64,000 nucleotides of DNA from Octopus vulgaris (GCA_951406725.2 OX597815.1:39804001-39868000); one strand, 5' to 3'. Shown: positions 49,341 to 63,660, numbered from the stretch's first letter. Program-made: numbers and translations. The notes: generated by a model not told the origin, from the sequence alone.

Positions 49341-51339
49341 TAAGTATACTCCGTTCTTAGAATATTTCTCAAAATAGTAACATATAAGAAAATACCCGTG
49401 AGAACATTTTACATATTTTATTAGACTAGAATATATGAAGTCAATATAATCAAAGCAAATAGCAATATATATATATCTGTTTTTCTTTACATGATATTCC
49501 TGTACAAAGAGGAATACAAGAAAAATTCCTACCAACAACAAAAGAAAAAAGTAAATTGATAAAACAAATGAAATGTACATTAGTAACTGCCATAATCATT
49601 TAATTCAACAGTCTTCTGATGTTTTAATTTTATAGCTGACTTATGAATTGTCATTCAACATTCGTACAGTAACATCAATTTATAAACTCAAAATTGCCAT
49701 TTTTGTCATACAATGGCATGCATTGTTAAACATGCGTACATGTGCGCTTATAAATATGTGTGTATGTACATATATGCACGCATTATATGTGTGTGTCTGT
49801 ATATACATGCACACATTCTGTGTGCGTGTGTGTGTGTGTGTAAATGCATCATCATCATCATCATTTGATGCCTATCTTCCACGCCAATATGGATTGAATG
49901 GTTTGACAGGATCTGATGAGCTGAAGGACTATATCAAACTTCATTGTCTGTTTTTGGTATGATGTCCTTTCTAACATCAACTATTTTACAGGGTACTGAG
50001 TGCTTTTGTTTTCATGGTACCAGCACTAGTGATGTCGCTAAGTAACTCACAAGACATAAAATTCCCCTTTGACTTAGTAGGGATGTAGTAGAGAGGGGAA
50101 CTGTTTTACGCCAGGCCTTCAGAGGATAAAGAATGATAGAGGGACAAGTCACATATCACCGACCACCTGCCTATATTATGTCACAAAAGGAGTTACAAGC
50201 GAGGGGACAATACTGCCTCTGGTATCCCTGACAACGATCGTTGTGGTTTTTCTTCCCCGAAATTGATACAAGCTTATGGGCAAGTTTGTCTTGAGCAATT
50301 TGGGCTTGAATTTTTAGTGCTTTCTCTGTTTTAAAAATGACATATATGATGCTATATATTTCCTCCCAATAAAGTAGATTTCACTTCATGGTGGTGTGCT
50401 TACGTTCTCGTAACTTAGCGGTTCGGCATAAGAGACCGATAGAATAAGTACTAGGCTTACAAAGTAGCACTGTCTGTAAATTTCATTAAATGAAACTAGG
50501 GAAGCTCCCGTGGCCTCGGCAAAGCACTTCCTTTATTCTTGAATAACTCAGTGATGGATTGTAACAGGTTGATGTCTATCTTGCGAATAAAATACCTTTA
50601 TGCAACAGCTCTTTCAGTAAAATGTTTCACACCTATGCTTGTCTAATTCGAAAGAACAATTGCAAATGATGGCACATCAAGGATTGGACAAAGTATGTGT
50701 GTACAGCTGTTGTTGGTAGTAGTGCTACTGCTGCTGCTGTTGTTAAGCAACCAGACGGGTAAGGGTGATTAGGTGATGGTCTAGGGCTTAGCGGCAGGAG
50801 ATCCCAGACCTTGGGAAAAGAAAAACTTTGGTCGTCTTATAATCGTAGTCGAGGGCTCTTCGTTGACGCCCGACACCACTGGCCCTCTAAGTCGCTGGAA
50901 ATGGAGATCTCCTGGTCCAAATTCTTGAACGGCAGCTACTGCTGTTGGTGATGACGGTGATGTTGTTAAGCTAGTTGTCTATTATGTTATGTCTTTTGTT
51001 GAAATGTTTTTTTTTTTTGGTCTGCAATTTGCTTGCATGCTTTATCCATCAATAGTTTTTATATTCTGTTGGTAGCTGTTTTGCTCTGTTTCTTATAATT
51101 TCTTTTGTGGCTGGTTTTCTCAGTTAATAAATCATTACAGGCTTCCAGTTGGTTAATTATAATTAAAATACTATTTTTTAAAAAAGCTGACTTTGTTATG
51201 CAACAATGGCACAAATACACATTCCAAAATGTTCAATGATAATCCCAGTTTGAAAAAATACTTAAAGTGAAAATTAATTCCTCACTCATAACAACAACAA
51301 CAACGACGACGACGACGACGACAACAACAACAATAATAA

Positions 51340-51960
51340 TAGTTTCAAATGTTTGGCACAAGGCCAGCGATTTTATGGGAAAGGTAAGTCGATATCATCG
51401 AGTTCATTGTTTGACTGATACTTATTTTATTGACCACCGAAAGATAAAAGATAAATTAGGACTCGGCAGAACTTGAACTGAGAGCGTAAAGAGCCGAAAA
51501 AATGCTGCCAAGCAGTTTGTTCGCGAGCTAAAGTTTCTGCCAGTTTGCCGCCTTAAAATCTTTCTAATTTTGGCACAAAGCCAGTAATTTTAAAAGATGG
51601 GAGAGTAAGTCAATTATATAGACTCTAGTACTCAACTGATACGTTATTTTACTGACCCCGAAAGGATGAAAAGCGAAGTCGACCTCGACGGGATTTGATC
51701 TCAGCATTTAAAGAGCCGGAAGAAATGCTGCTAAGCATTTTTCCAGCGTGTGAACGATTCTATTAGTTTCTGGTTTAGGCACAAGGCCAGCAATTTTGAG
51801 GGGAGGGTTTTATTCGATACCATCGACCTTTTACTTGACTGGTACCTTTAACTCAATATTGACAATAAAAGGCAATATTGACCTCGGCGGGATTTGAATT
51901 CAGAATGCAAAGAGTCGGAAGAAATACCGGAAGGTACTTTGCCCGATTCTCTAACGATTC
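51340..51960 (-). mobile_element. Three tandem SINE family B copies
   Basis: Repeated tggcacaaggccagc...gacctcggc-ggatttgaactcag...aaagagccggaag units. Confidence 0.75.
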
Positions 51961-52849
51961 TTCCAAGCATAAACTAAAATTTTCTGTATTAATCCCAGTA
52001 CTTGTGCGGCAGTTATTTTGTCAACTGCAAGGAAGACCATTTTAATTCCCAATGTTAAAATAACAACAATCTCAAGAAACATACCAGCCTATAACCTGTT
52101 CGCTGCATTGCATGAAACCTTAACTTCATAAAGAATAAATGATCACTTAGAAAACAAACAAAAAAAACATCTCACTTGCAAAAGAATAGAGATGCTGCTA
52201 AAGTTTATATTGCTGGAAAGATCAATTACTTATCAAAAAAATCAAAATCAAAGACTGTTAAATGTGAAAGAATGACCCGAGCATGACGTAGATTAATTAC
52301 GAGAAGAATTTTGACTGTTTCCCACCTGGCCTCCATACTGGTTGAGAATCGTTTCAAATAATAAATCCTGCTTATATAACATAAGCGCTATACAATCTTA
52401 TTTCCTTTCACTATAAATACAGAGTCTGTACACGAAGTCATATTTTTTTAAATATAAATTTATTTATAATGGAATGATAAATGAGTACATACCAACAAAA
52501 TATACTCAAGTTATCCGAAAGTACTTTCATAAATATCATAAAGTCACGTATTCCACAAGAAAATTAAACGAGATCAGTTTTTTTAAACCACCAAATTAAA
52601 CGTTAATTTTAAGTCACGAAGTCCTTCCCTATCTTTTGTGCAGCTATATAATTTGTTAAAAGAATTTTTCTGTCATACATAAATCATGTAAGATTTCAAC
52701 TAACGTCCATAACGTTCTTAATGAACTCTTTATGCTGCTCCTCTAGTATGTTAGAGAACAAAACCAATGTGAACTAAATATAACAAAGTGAGAAAACACA
52801 CAAATACACAACCAGCACCTGTCACGAGCCAATGATGGAGCCTCTATGC

Positions 52850-53400
52850 CAGTGGTTTCCCAATTTTTTCTACGTCCTGGAACCTTAGAAAATGCTTGAT
52901 TAATTTTAGCATCCCACCCCAACACACATACGAAAGTAATATTCAATTGAGGATGAAAATTATAATTTTCTAATGACTATTTTAGTTTCGTTTTTTCTTT
53001 TTTTTTTCCATTAACGAAACTGAACTAAAGATATAAGCTTTTGACTCTGCGCATAAATTATAAATGTAAATTGAGCAATTAGAAAAAAAAGTGTAAACAA
53101 TGAAATCAATCACGATTGTAAGCATGAAATTCGATGACAACGATATTGCTTTTTGTTCATGGCTTTATCAAGCGGAACTTTTTTGCTGATTAAAATCTAC
53201 AATTCTGCCAATGAAGCCAGATGAAACATAAATTTTGCCTTGATTAAAAAAAAAAGAGATCTGAATCCAGAGTCACACAAGAATGTTGTTTCAAACAGAA
53301 TGAGCGCACTGTCCTTGATCCTAATTTCGTAAGGATTAAATCTACAATTGCAGAATAAATTTTTAATGTGCTCTAGTCGAACAAACTTTTTTTAAGAATT
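52850..53400 (-). mobile_element. hAT (Charlie/Buster-like) relic
   Basis: Terminus cagtggtttcccaa at 52850. Minus strand at ~53260-53310 reads SALILFETTFLCDSGF, comparable to the hAT dimerisation motif LLPFxTTYLCExGFS. Confidence 0.5.
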
Positions 53401-55208
53401 AATATTATTATAAAAATCGATGTTAATGACGTGTCACCACACCATTCTATGTCACAACCCAATGAAATGTCATTTTGCAACTCCAATGTGTGGAGGCTTT
53501 ATACGTTTGCTCGACCTGATAAAAAAATAGGCAACCAAATCTCCCTTAAATTACACGCCACCAATGACATAGAGATTCATTGAAGGATACTTTGGATAAT
53601 GTGCATTATGTCTGAAAAAAAATGTGAAACGCCTATGATCATTTGTCAGGCCAATCATTGCAAGCTTGTGAACCAAAAGCTAAGAATAACAAACGACAGC
53701 GTTGGAATGAGTGATTTTTATTTGCTCGTTTTCTTTCTCCATTTTCTCTATCGTTGTTAACAGTTTCGTAGTGTTCTAGAGCTGAAACTAATTCACAAAT
53801 GTACTAAACAGTCAAGAGTTACTTGTTAATTCTTTCTTTAGACAAAACCCCGAATATTGTATCCTTGATTAAAGGGACGTATAAACGATGCAAATACATG
53901 AATCACGTTAATTACACATTGCATCCCACTGATAAATGCAACGACTTCGAACCAATACTTGTTTTAATTTTAATATTTAATAGAATGATCATTACTATCC
54001 ACATATTAATCTTCCAGTCTTTCCTCTGCGGTATTCTTTATTTGCTAACTCGTTTGTTTATAATTTATCTAGTCAAAGTAGCTGGTAAATTATTAATACT
54101 CAAGTAAAGATGTTGACTTCAAGTAATGAAAAGGCATGTTTTACAATTTACGGATAATGAAGTAGCAACAGAAGGAATTTCTAAAAGTAAAATGTTCCTC
54201 TAACTTTGTCAATGGTTAAATGGATACTGCATATTAATATTGAAAGAAAGCACACGCAATCCTTCATTTAACCTGCTAGGAAACTATACATGATATATGA
54301 TAACCGGTTTTCCTTTATTATTCAGGTAATGGAATCTTCTACCATAAACGGAGTAGAAGCAGATAATTTGATCCTTTCGTGAAGCATTATGGTTAGAACC
54401 ATCATATATGGATCAGAATAAAAGCATATGGGGATAATATTTGAGTCTATCTGTTAATGACGGACCATTGCAAATCCTTGGCGACAAGGAAAGAAATAAA
54501 TTACGTTGCCATGATAAGTATTATTCAAATTCGTTGTTTAATTCACATTAAGTCGTGCAGATATTATTTTCACGAAAGAAAACGCTTAAATTCACACAGA
54601 GCGCTTTGACGGGAATATAGTCATTTTATTAAAAAAAAAAGTATTGCATTTCAATGAATCAAGCTTACAGGCATACAGTTAGGTCTTCGTTAACTGTTTT
54701 TTTTTATTTCTCTAAACGATCCACCCCCTCATTTCTAAAATTAACTGCGAATAAAAAAAAAAAACATCTGTTGCATTTCTATGCATTCTTTTCTTTTCTT
54801 TTCTTTCAATTAATTTTATTGACTGTCTTCAGGTAAAACTAACACTCATACTCCAACGCACACATACTGAAACTTTCCATTTATCGCAGTGAGCCATTTT
54901 AATACAATTATTTCTCATTGTTTTGCCTACTGTTCAATATATTCAGAACTCTCTTGATAAACTATTTAAGAGATAAAGGTAGTTCTATAAATTCATTGTT
55001 CATTATGTGAGCGGCATTAAATATAATTACAGAGTGTAACAATAATGAAGTAGAATCATTATGAAAATATCTAAAACACTGTACAAAATAAAATATGAAA
55101 AGATTATTTTGAAAATATATCTTGCCATAGCTGAAAAGGTACTTTACGTATTTAAAGAAAATGTAAATATTTGAAGTATATGAAACTAAGTAAACACACA
55201 CACACGCA

Positions 55209-55252
<44 letters not shown>

Positions 55253-55970
55253 AAATTAATTATATATACGCGTAAGTAATAATGATAAGAAGACTGTATA
55301 GGAATGCATTTTCTTTAATTGATTGGAAAGTTATAAAATTTTGATGAACGCCATGCACGAAAGTCTCGGCCTTTGGCTGACTTTTGGCAGTCGTTGGCAG
55401 CTAATAACATCAGTCACATAAATAGGAACTTTATTAATATACGTTGGTGCTATTCACGATTAATTAGTCATTGATCGAATGATCGTGATCGTTTTGTGGT
55501 TAAGACTCCACGTTGTATTCAAGGACGAAATGCTAGTCATGGTGAGCTAATTCTATATACTAGGGCTATGATCTTCTCGTTCTTGCATTTCTGCAATAGG
55601 GTGTAACAAATTTTGGCGCTTAAGAGTTTTCCAAATAAAGATTATGTTGTATCCATTTTCTTGTGACAAGATTTGAGTCGTTCTCAGTAGTTTAGTTTAC
55701 AACTACTATTTTGTTCCGCTTTTGTAAGAAAATTTGTCTGGGAATAACGGGGTTATCAGAATTGAGAGCAACATTCTATATGGCTCAGAGCCGAGGATAT
55801 CTGATTAAGTATTATTCGATTGTAAGGCGTAAATATCACAAGTTCTCATTACCTCGCTCTAAGAACAGAACGCTTGGACATAGTCAAAAGTCTATTTAAT
55901 TACATCTACATACTTCTAAAGCATACAAAATGCAACGCACACCCATTACTCTTAGGCAAATATATGTATA

Positions 55971-57197
55971 TTGGTTCATCCCACAAATAATGCGATTTTC
56001 TTATACTTCTTTTATTTTTCAAATTTAAGATAAACAAAGTTCTTTTTTAATCTAAAACATACTCTCTATTTTCTACAATGCTTTTCCATCTTTCGGGTAT
56101 ACTTGCAAGGCTCCTCTTCCAAACTTCACTTGTCCGTGAGGAAAAATACTCCTCCAGTACTGTTCTGACCGCATCTACAGAATTCATATTTTTTCCGTCC
56201 AAATGATTTTGAAGACTACGGAATAAATGATAATCAGATGGGGCAATGTCCGGCGAATATGGTTGGTGCAGCATCGTTTCCCATTCAAACTGTTCCAGCC
56301 TTTGGAATGTCATCCTCGCTGTAAGTGGTCGAATATTATCCTGATGGAATAACACCTTTCGTCTTGAAACCAAAGATGGTCGTTTTCCTTCTAGCACTGA
56401 CTTAAGCTACTCAAGCTGCTCGTAGTAGATTTCCTTTGTTATCGTTTGGTCTGGGTTTAAAAGTCCAAAGTGGACTAAACCGTTCATATCCCACCAGACA
56501 GATAAAAACACCTTATGTGGGTGAAGATTTTCTTTAGCCCGGGGTGCTGGTGTTTCTTCATCCCCTACCCATTGTCTTCGGCGCTTGACATTTCTCGTCA
56601 CTAGTCACTGTTCGCCCCCAAAAAGGTTCATTCGTGAGACGTGGCTGCAAAGAAGAGCACACATTCACTTCTGCGCGCGATTAGACTCGGACAATTTGTG
56701 AGGAACCCATTGACTCAATTTACTGACTTTTCCGATGGCACGCAGGTGTCAATGAATGGCTGAATGACCAAATCCAAGCTTCTCTGCCAGTTCTTCAACA
56801 GTTACGATGGGATTTTGTTCCACCAAAGTTTGCAAGATGTCCTCGTCGAGTTCTTCAGATCTTCCAGGACGAGGCTCGTCTTCAAGGCTGTAGTTTCCTG
56901 ATCGGAATTCTGGAACCGCCGTTGACAGTGGCTTACACCTATTGTCCGATCCCCATATACTGCATTAATATTCCTCGCACTTTTCGTTGCGTTGTTGCCT
57001 TTATTGAACTTATAAAGAAAAATTTGCCGAATATGCTCCTTTGTCACTTCCATTATAGCTTTGGAAAAATAACTGTTAAAATCGAACTTCACTCTTCAAA
57101 GCTTGCACTAAGAATAAGTAGAAGGTAAAAATAATTCCTGCTTTTGTAGCAAGTTGATGCAGATAGTTTATCCGGTCCCCCTCTGACTTAGTTCAGC
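55971..57197 (-). mobile_element. Decayed mariner transposon (D,D34D type)
   Basis: Frameshifted transposase reads MEVTKEHIRQIFLY...GNNAT, VFLSVWWD, LFHQDN, YSPDIAPSDYHLFRSLQ. One terminus is TA|ttggttcatcccacaaataatgcg at 55971. The other TIR was not found. Confidence 0.93.
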
Positions 57198-57859
57198 CAT
57201 TTCGCTGTGGCTATTCAAGAGTATGGCCCTGGAACATAAAATTTGTCTGCCAAATACCACGGAAATACATGTTACAACTTGTTTTCATTCCTTAAGAATA
57301 TAGAACGATTTAGTCGAGACAAATAAATTAATATTTAATTATTGTTTTGTTAATTTATTGATTCCGGCTGTAACTTTGCCAGAGCTCCACCAGCCATACT
57401 TTTAAAATCATTATATTATCAATGACATTATTATGATTTGTTAAAAATAATCTCCATCAATAATTACTTTTAAATGTTTTGTATTCGAAGAAAATTTACC
57501 AATAATATAGATTTACTAAAGCGTAAAGAATATGTTGTTTCATATTTGCAGTTGTTTTAGAACAAAGTAATTACTCGCGGTGTAATCTAAAGAATTTTAA
57601 GTTCCGACACAATTAATGTAGGATTTGACAAAGAAGAGAATCCGGTATTTGGTTTTGAACAAACACAATGATATTGTAAACTTAGAAGAAGAGAATTCCT
57701 GGTTATTTATGCGAAAAATAATTAACATTTTACTCGTGGTAATCAGAAAACGATTGTAAAAGCCTATTCGTGCATAATTGCAATGTATAGCTTAAGCATA
57801 AGGCTAACATTTTTTTTAGTAGGTCGGTTACATTGATGATCACGGTATTACCTAACAGG

Positions 57860-58360
57860 TGCTTATATAGTCTATTGAACCTAGAGGGAGAAATGAAAGC
57901 GAAGTTGACTCCGGTAGGATTTGAAATCAGAGCTTAATTGGAATGGAAGGTAACGAAAATAGCAAGCTATTGGTTCTGCCATCCTCTGCCTAAATAATGA
58001 TTTCAAATTTTGGCACAAGGCCAGCAAGTTAGGGGAATATGTTTAGTCGATTACATCGATCCCAGTGCTTTTACTGGTGCTTATCAATCCTCAAAAGATA
58101 CCAGGTAAAGTCGACCTCCGTGAAATTTGTAAACCCAGTGTGCTAATAATTATTCTGCCATCTCACAGCCTTGTCAGCTGTCTAAATAACAGTAATTCTA
58201 ATGATAATAACACTTTCTACTATAGACACAATGTCTGAAATTTGTGGTGGTGAGGAGGATAGTCGAATACATCGACACCCCTAGTGCCCTACTGGCACTT
58301 ATTTTATTGACCACGAAAGGATGAAAGGTAAGGTCGATCTCGGCGGTATTTGAACTCATA
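57860..58360 (-). mobile_element. Cluster of degenerate SINE family B copies
   Basis: ggatgaaaggtaaggtcgatctcggcggtatttgaactc and related segments. Confidence 0.65.
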
Positions 58361-58487
58361 AGTTTATGCTGGACAATAAAGATTCTTTTCACCTACATTT
58401 TATTTTCTGATATATAAAGGTACTACCCTGCACCGTCAGTCACTATTAGTAACAATTGAATTTTTCCCTTTTGGTTTCATATCGTTA

Positions 58488-58551
58488 TCATATATATATA
58501 TGTATATATATATGTATATATATATATATGCATATATATATATATATAGAC

Positions 58552-58586
<35 letters not shown>

Positions 58587-58601
58587 CATATATATACACA
58601 C

Positions 58602-58644
<43 letters not shown>

Positions 58645-58792
58645 TATACACACACATATATATATATACATATATATATATACACATATATATACACACA
58701 TATATATATATGTGTGTGTGTGTATATATATGTATATATATATATATTTATATATATATGTATATATATATGTATATATTGTATGTCTATAC

Positions 58793-58853
<61 letters not shown>
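58488..58853. repeat. (TA)n/(CA)n compound microsatellite
   Basis: Seen directly. Confidence 0.95.
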
Positions 58854-58854
<1 letters not shown>

Positions 58855-59482
58855 GGGTTGCTAAGCTTAAACAGCCGTTACGACTATATGTAAAAAGAGA
58901 TTTCCTGCTCCATTTTCCATTATTTATCTTCTCCCCTAAACTTAAACTATACATTACTAAAACCCTATCCCTCACCACAAAACTTAATTTCTTGCCGGAT
59001 TGTAATCGCCTATGTTGAGTATAGAAAAGAAAATATCAAATTTCGGAAACTGTCGGAAATGGAAAATTTACTGCTGATTGTGTACTGAGAAAGAAAGCTT
59101 TAAAAAACGTAATATTTTTTTTCTTTCCAGAATCATGAATAAATTTTTTTCCCAAATAATAGAAATCTTATGATACAAGTGATGCATATATTGCACAACT
59201 CAGTCAACACACTGTGTTTAGATTATATAATATCAATTTGAAGTGTACACCGTGCAGACGTGGTTGTGTGATTAAGAATACTATTTCGTAACCATGTGTT
59301 TTCGGATTCGTTCTGTTCAGCACTACCGTTAAAAAGAATAACGTAGTTGAGGGAGGAGCAACGGGGAAGATCCACCCCGGACGGCGCTTTTATGCAGGCA
59401 GCACTTTCGGGTCTGCTGTATAAGCTGAAACGGAGACGGTAAGTTCAAGGCCTTCTCCGGGCGGCACACACTCTAGTCACAC

Positions 59483-60700
59483 CACTGGTTAAAAACATCG
59501 TATTCACAAATTAAGACAGAATTGTTGACAATAAGATATTTCGCTGATTCGTCGAGGTCCGGGCCACATGAAAATGAAAGTACATACTTTGACAACAGTA
59601 AGTGGTAAGCTAAATATTTATATTTATAGCTTTTCTTGCAGTGTTCAGTCTGTGGACAGCTTCGCTTTATGTTCCAACAATAATCTACTCTATTACCGTT
59701 CCTCCATGACCTTCACATCTTGGTGTCATCGTTCACCTTGCTCATCACTAACCTCACCAAAGTTTCCGCGAATTTAGCAAGATAGCTATGCAAAAAATGC
59801 ATATCGATGCTCATATTGCAACTGAGCGTTTTGTAACTTTCCGATAGTTTCCGGATAATTTTGCTATAAATCTTTGTATTTTCAAGAAAGTTCTTGACAC
59901 GGTTTTTGAATGATAAGCATTTTTTTCGAGTTCTGACACTGTGCTAATGAAATATTCTTCTTTAATGGACTGCCGAATATGTGGACCATCAAACACACCG
60001 GCATTGATCTTTTTCAATTGAAAGGCCAGGAAATACCAAAATGAGGGATTTGAAACTGTCGCCTTCAGTTGGTAGTGTTTTTAATGGCCCAGTTTCATGT
60101 GCAGAGGTGGGATTATGATTCTCTTTATGACAATAAGTGGCTCATGTAGAATGTTGAGATCACCAAGTTTTAGGTCAGGTCTTGGGGATAATTCCTCTCC
60201 ACCCAATGCTTCTCTCCAGCTCTGCTTTCCCACACGCACAAAATGCAGAGATATTTGGTGTATCTGTGTTGTCGACAAGGAAGCATAATCATTTTAAAGT
60301 CAACACATGATACAATTGTGTTTGTAATATTGCAACTCATGACAAACTGAATGCCTAATTGAGACTGCGCTATATAAATTGCCATTGTGGAGGAGGACAC
60401 ACTTTATGCTTCACATTGAACTATCCATGAACAGTTGCCATCCCTATTTCCTCCAGTAAAACCTGCATGTTATGGCTACACACAAACCTGCTGTCACTTC
60501 GAAAGTACTGCAGAAATACACTTGCCCTAGATCAAAAATAGGATACCTTGCTTCTCTTTCCAAGAAACATTTTCTCATTCAGACTTGATATTAGGAATTT
60601 GGAATTCTTTTTTTTGTTGTTGTTGTTAGTCCCAAATCTCGTGCCAAATCATTGCTTTATAAATGACACGTTCTTTTAACGTAACTGTATTTCATCTTAG
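59483..60700 (-). mobile_element. Decayed Chapaev3-like (CMC group) DNA transposase relic
   Basis: Minus-strand motifs in order: CVDFKM, YTKYLCILCVWESRA, IIIPPLHMKLG, AGVFDGPHIRQ, CNMSIDMHFLHSYL, GEVSDEQGER*HQDVKVMEER. Confidence 0.8.
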
Positions 60701-60712
60701 AGCTCTATCGTA

Positions 60713-60751
<39 letters not shown>

Positions 60752-60810
60752 ATAAAACGGTAAGATAACAAAAGAAAGAGACCTCAATATTATGTAAATA
60801 GAGGAAATTT

Positions 60811-61322
60811 ATCTATACAATAATATGTTACATTACTCGGTAGTCAAGATAAAACTCTGAGTTTCAGATGCCGAAGTGGAAATCCACAACACCATCTCTT
60901 CGGTTATCTGGCTATTTGAAAACGTTATGAAAAAATACCGTTAAATAAAGGGAAATTACTCTGTTACAACTCTGCTTGCCTGCGTACTTATACATCGCTC
61001 GCATTTTTCGTCATAAAAATTATATAAAAATACATAAAAGATATATAAAGATATATAAATTCTTCTTGGGACATAACATAGAAAACATGTTCTATCTGTT
61101 TTCTTTAGGGGACCAAAAACGTAACAGAAATTTAGTCACATGTGGGCATGATCCGAAAAGCAGAGTTATAACAGAGTAATTTCTCTTTATTTAACGGTAT
61201 TTTTTCATAGCGTTTTCAAATAGCCAGATAACCGAAGAGATGGTGTTGTGGATTTCCACTTCGGCATCTGAAACTCAGAGTTTTATCTTGACTACCGAGT
61301 AATATAACATATTATTGTATAG

Positions 61323-61324
<2 letters not shown>
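60811..61324. repeat. 167-bp near-perfect inverted repeat with 180-bp spacer, bounded by (TA)n; PLE-like inverted terminal structure
   Basis: 60811-60977 vs 61158-61324, about 4 mismatches counted by eye. Each arm holds a hammerhead-like motif. Confidence 0.88.
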
Positions 61325-61354
<30 letters not shown>

Positions 61355-61529
61355 ATATATATATATTGATGTGTGTGTGTATGTATGCATGTAAATGCAT
61401 ATGTATATATGTATGTGTGTACATACGTATGTATATATGTACGTATGCGCATATGCATGTATTATGTACGTATGTATATAAGTATGTGTGTACGTATGTA
61501 TGTATATATATGTATGCATGCATGTAAGC

Positions 61530-61569
<40 letters not shown>

Positions 61570-63161
61570 GGTGCTTACATATATAGATACATATATATAC
61601 ATACCTACGTTTACACATGCGTACATATATATATATACACGCATATGTACACACACACGTACATATATACATACTATGAACACTCATACAAATATACATA
61701 AGCATGTACATACACACACACGTCAATATATACAGCTACATATTCTATCTCAAAAATAGTAAGCAGCTGAAAATTATCTGATTTCCTTCTTTCTCTATTA
61801 CCCGCACATGTGTGTGTATGTGTGTGTGAGTGTGCATTTACTGTTGAATACGTATTTTATTAACGTCATTTTGAACTCTGGCAATTTCATAAATGACTGA
61901 AAATTAGATTTCTGGTTTGATATAATAAGGAAAATTAATATTTTGAGAGCTTCAGAGTGCAGAAATGTATCGAAGCATTTTATCGCATCCTTGTTTGAAT
62001 CAGAGCTTCTGACAGCGTCGACGGCCTTCGACTTTTTATACTGGTATCTGGCATATCCTAAAATGCTTGTGACTAGTTTTTAAAGTCAGCCGAGCATTTG
62101 GTAAGCCCTACACTGACCGCTGGGTCCCCAGTATGGTATTTACCAAAAGTTTTCAAGGTGTTTGGTATTTGTCTCTTGTCTCAAGTCCAGTCAACATATT
62201 AACTGGTTGATTATCCTCTACATGAAATTATTGAGCGGGTAACTGTTGCTCTTTTGCGCCATGTATAACCGAGTTCCACAATGGGTGTAGGCAGTTCTTG
62301 TATCTTGCAGATATTCTGCTTAGGTTCCATTTGTTATCTTGCGAGATGATGGGACGGTACTACTGGCTATAGGGTATTCAAGATCTTGGTCATCAACTTT
62401 CGAATCACTGGTTTCCTAGTCGGTTTCTTCGTGAACTTCATTTTTGTTTGCTCGTAGTACTGAAGACAGAGCGATCTCATTCACCGCTGTCTGATTGTTG
62501 AGTGACATAGAAGAGATCGACATTCCTCCTTTGCCTGAGAAACAGTCGCAGACAACAGTATTAAATGGAAACAGTAATGTGGGGATAAACATGCGAAAGC
62601 AAACGTTTCATAAGACCAAGGATGATGAAAATTTGTGTTTACAGACGACGAATTAAGAGTTCGTATATTTTTTTAAGAAGCTGAAGCTTCTTGATTCACG
62701 TTGTCATTTATTCAAACATTTCAGGAGAAGCAGCGTAACAATATATGAACAAAAGTATTAGTAAATGTATTGAAATATGATTAGTCAATAAGGTTTGATT
62801 AGTTGCAAAAAAAGAATTTTACAAAGTGCTTAAAACAAATGACATGAATGTGAAACATTTTCTAACGTTTTTCTTTTTTTTTTTAACTAATCAAATCTCG
62901 ATGACTAGTTATATTTTCATCGTATTTCGATGCGTATACCAATATTTTTGCTTATATATTATTATATTGCCTCTCTTGTTCATTCCTTTGAATAACTAAC
63001 AACTTCAAACCCAGTTATGATTCAAGACGTATCGGCTTTTCTCAGACTCGTATTTTTGAAGCATTGAAACATTTGAAATCAAGTGGGTCAAACGCAAATG
63101 CAGTTATATATAGCTTATTTAATGGACAAAAACCCTTAATAAGAATATTGATAAAATCATG

Positions 63162-63212
<51 letters not shown>

Positions 63213-63477
63213 GTATGCATATACATATATGAATAACTGGTTCATGAGCATCTGGCGGTGCAGATGTATCTCGTCGAGTGATAAATAAATACAACACGTT
63301 AAAATAACTGTTCCGCAATGTAACTTCCCGTTTCGTAGAGAGAAAAGCAGCCAGCCGGAGGAAATATCTTCATTTATATATAGAAGATAAAAAATTAAAT
63401 TCCAGATGGAAAAAAGAGAAACAAACACACAATCTAGCGAGACAAGTATTAAAAATAACCGTTAACAAATATGGATG

Positions 63478-63660
63478 TATAAGCTAAATGATCATATTAA
63501 GTACATTAATGTAGCATCCAACCATCCACCCTCGATTATACGCGAACTAGTTAAAAATCTTTAGATTATCTGCTAATAATAAAATTTTCGAATCACATGC
63601 AACTTATTATAATGCTGCTCTAATTAGAGCTGGGTACCGTGAAAAAATTCAATATATACA
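63478..63660 (+). pseudogene. Penelope-like element RT thumb/linker fragment
   Basis: Reads YKLNDHIKYINVASNHPPSIIRELVKN, then after a frameshift LSANNKIFESHATYYNAALIRAGY. This matches PLE motifs YI...SNHP and F......Y..AL...GY. Confidence 0.75.

Noticed and set aside
56047-56397. SETMAR-like domesticated gene
   Set aside because: No SET domain, multiple frameshifts and stops, and a TIR is present. It is a dead mariner.
62040-62640. CpG-richer segment that might be coding or retroelement-derived
   Set aside because: No open frame or motif I could recognise, so left unannotated.
63225-63300. Possible minus-strand hammerhead near the PLE fragment
   Set aside because: Only the catctg/cagatg hairpin is convincing. 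The core and stems I/III cannot be assigned.
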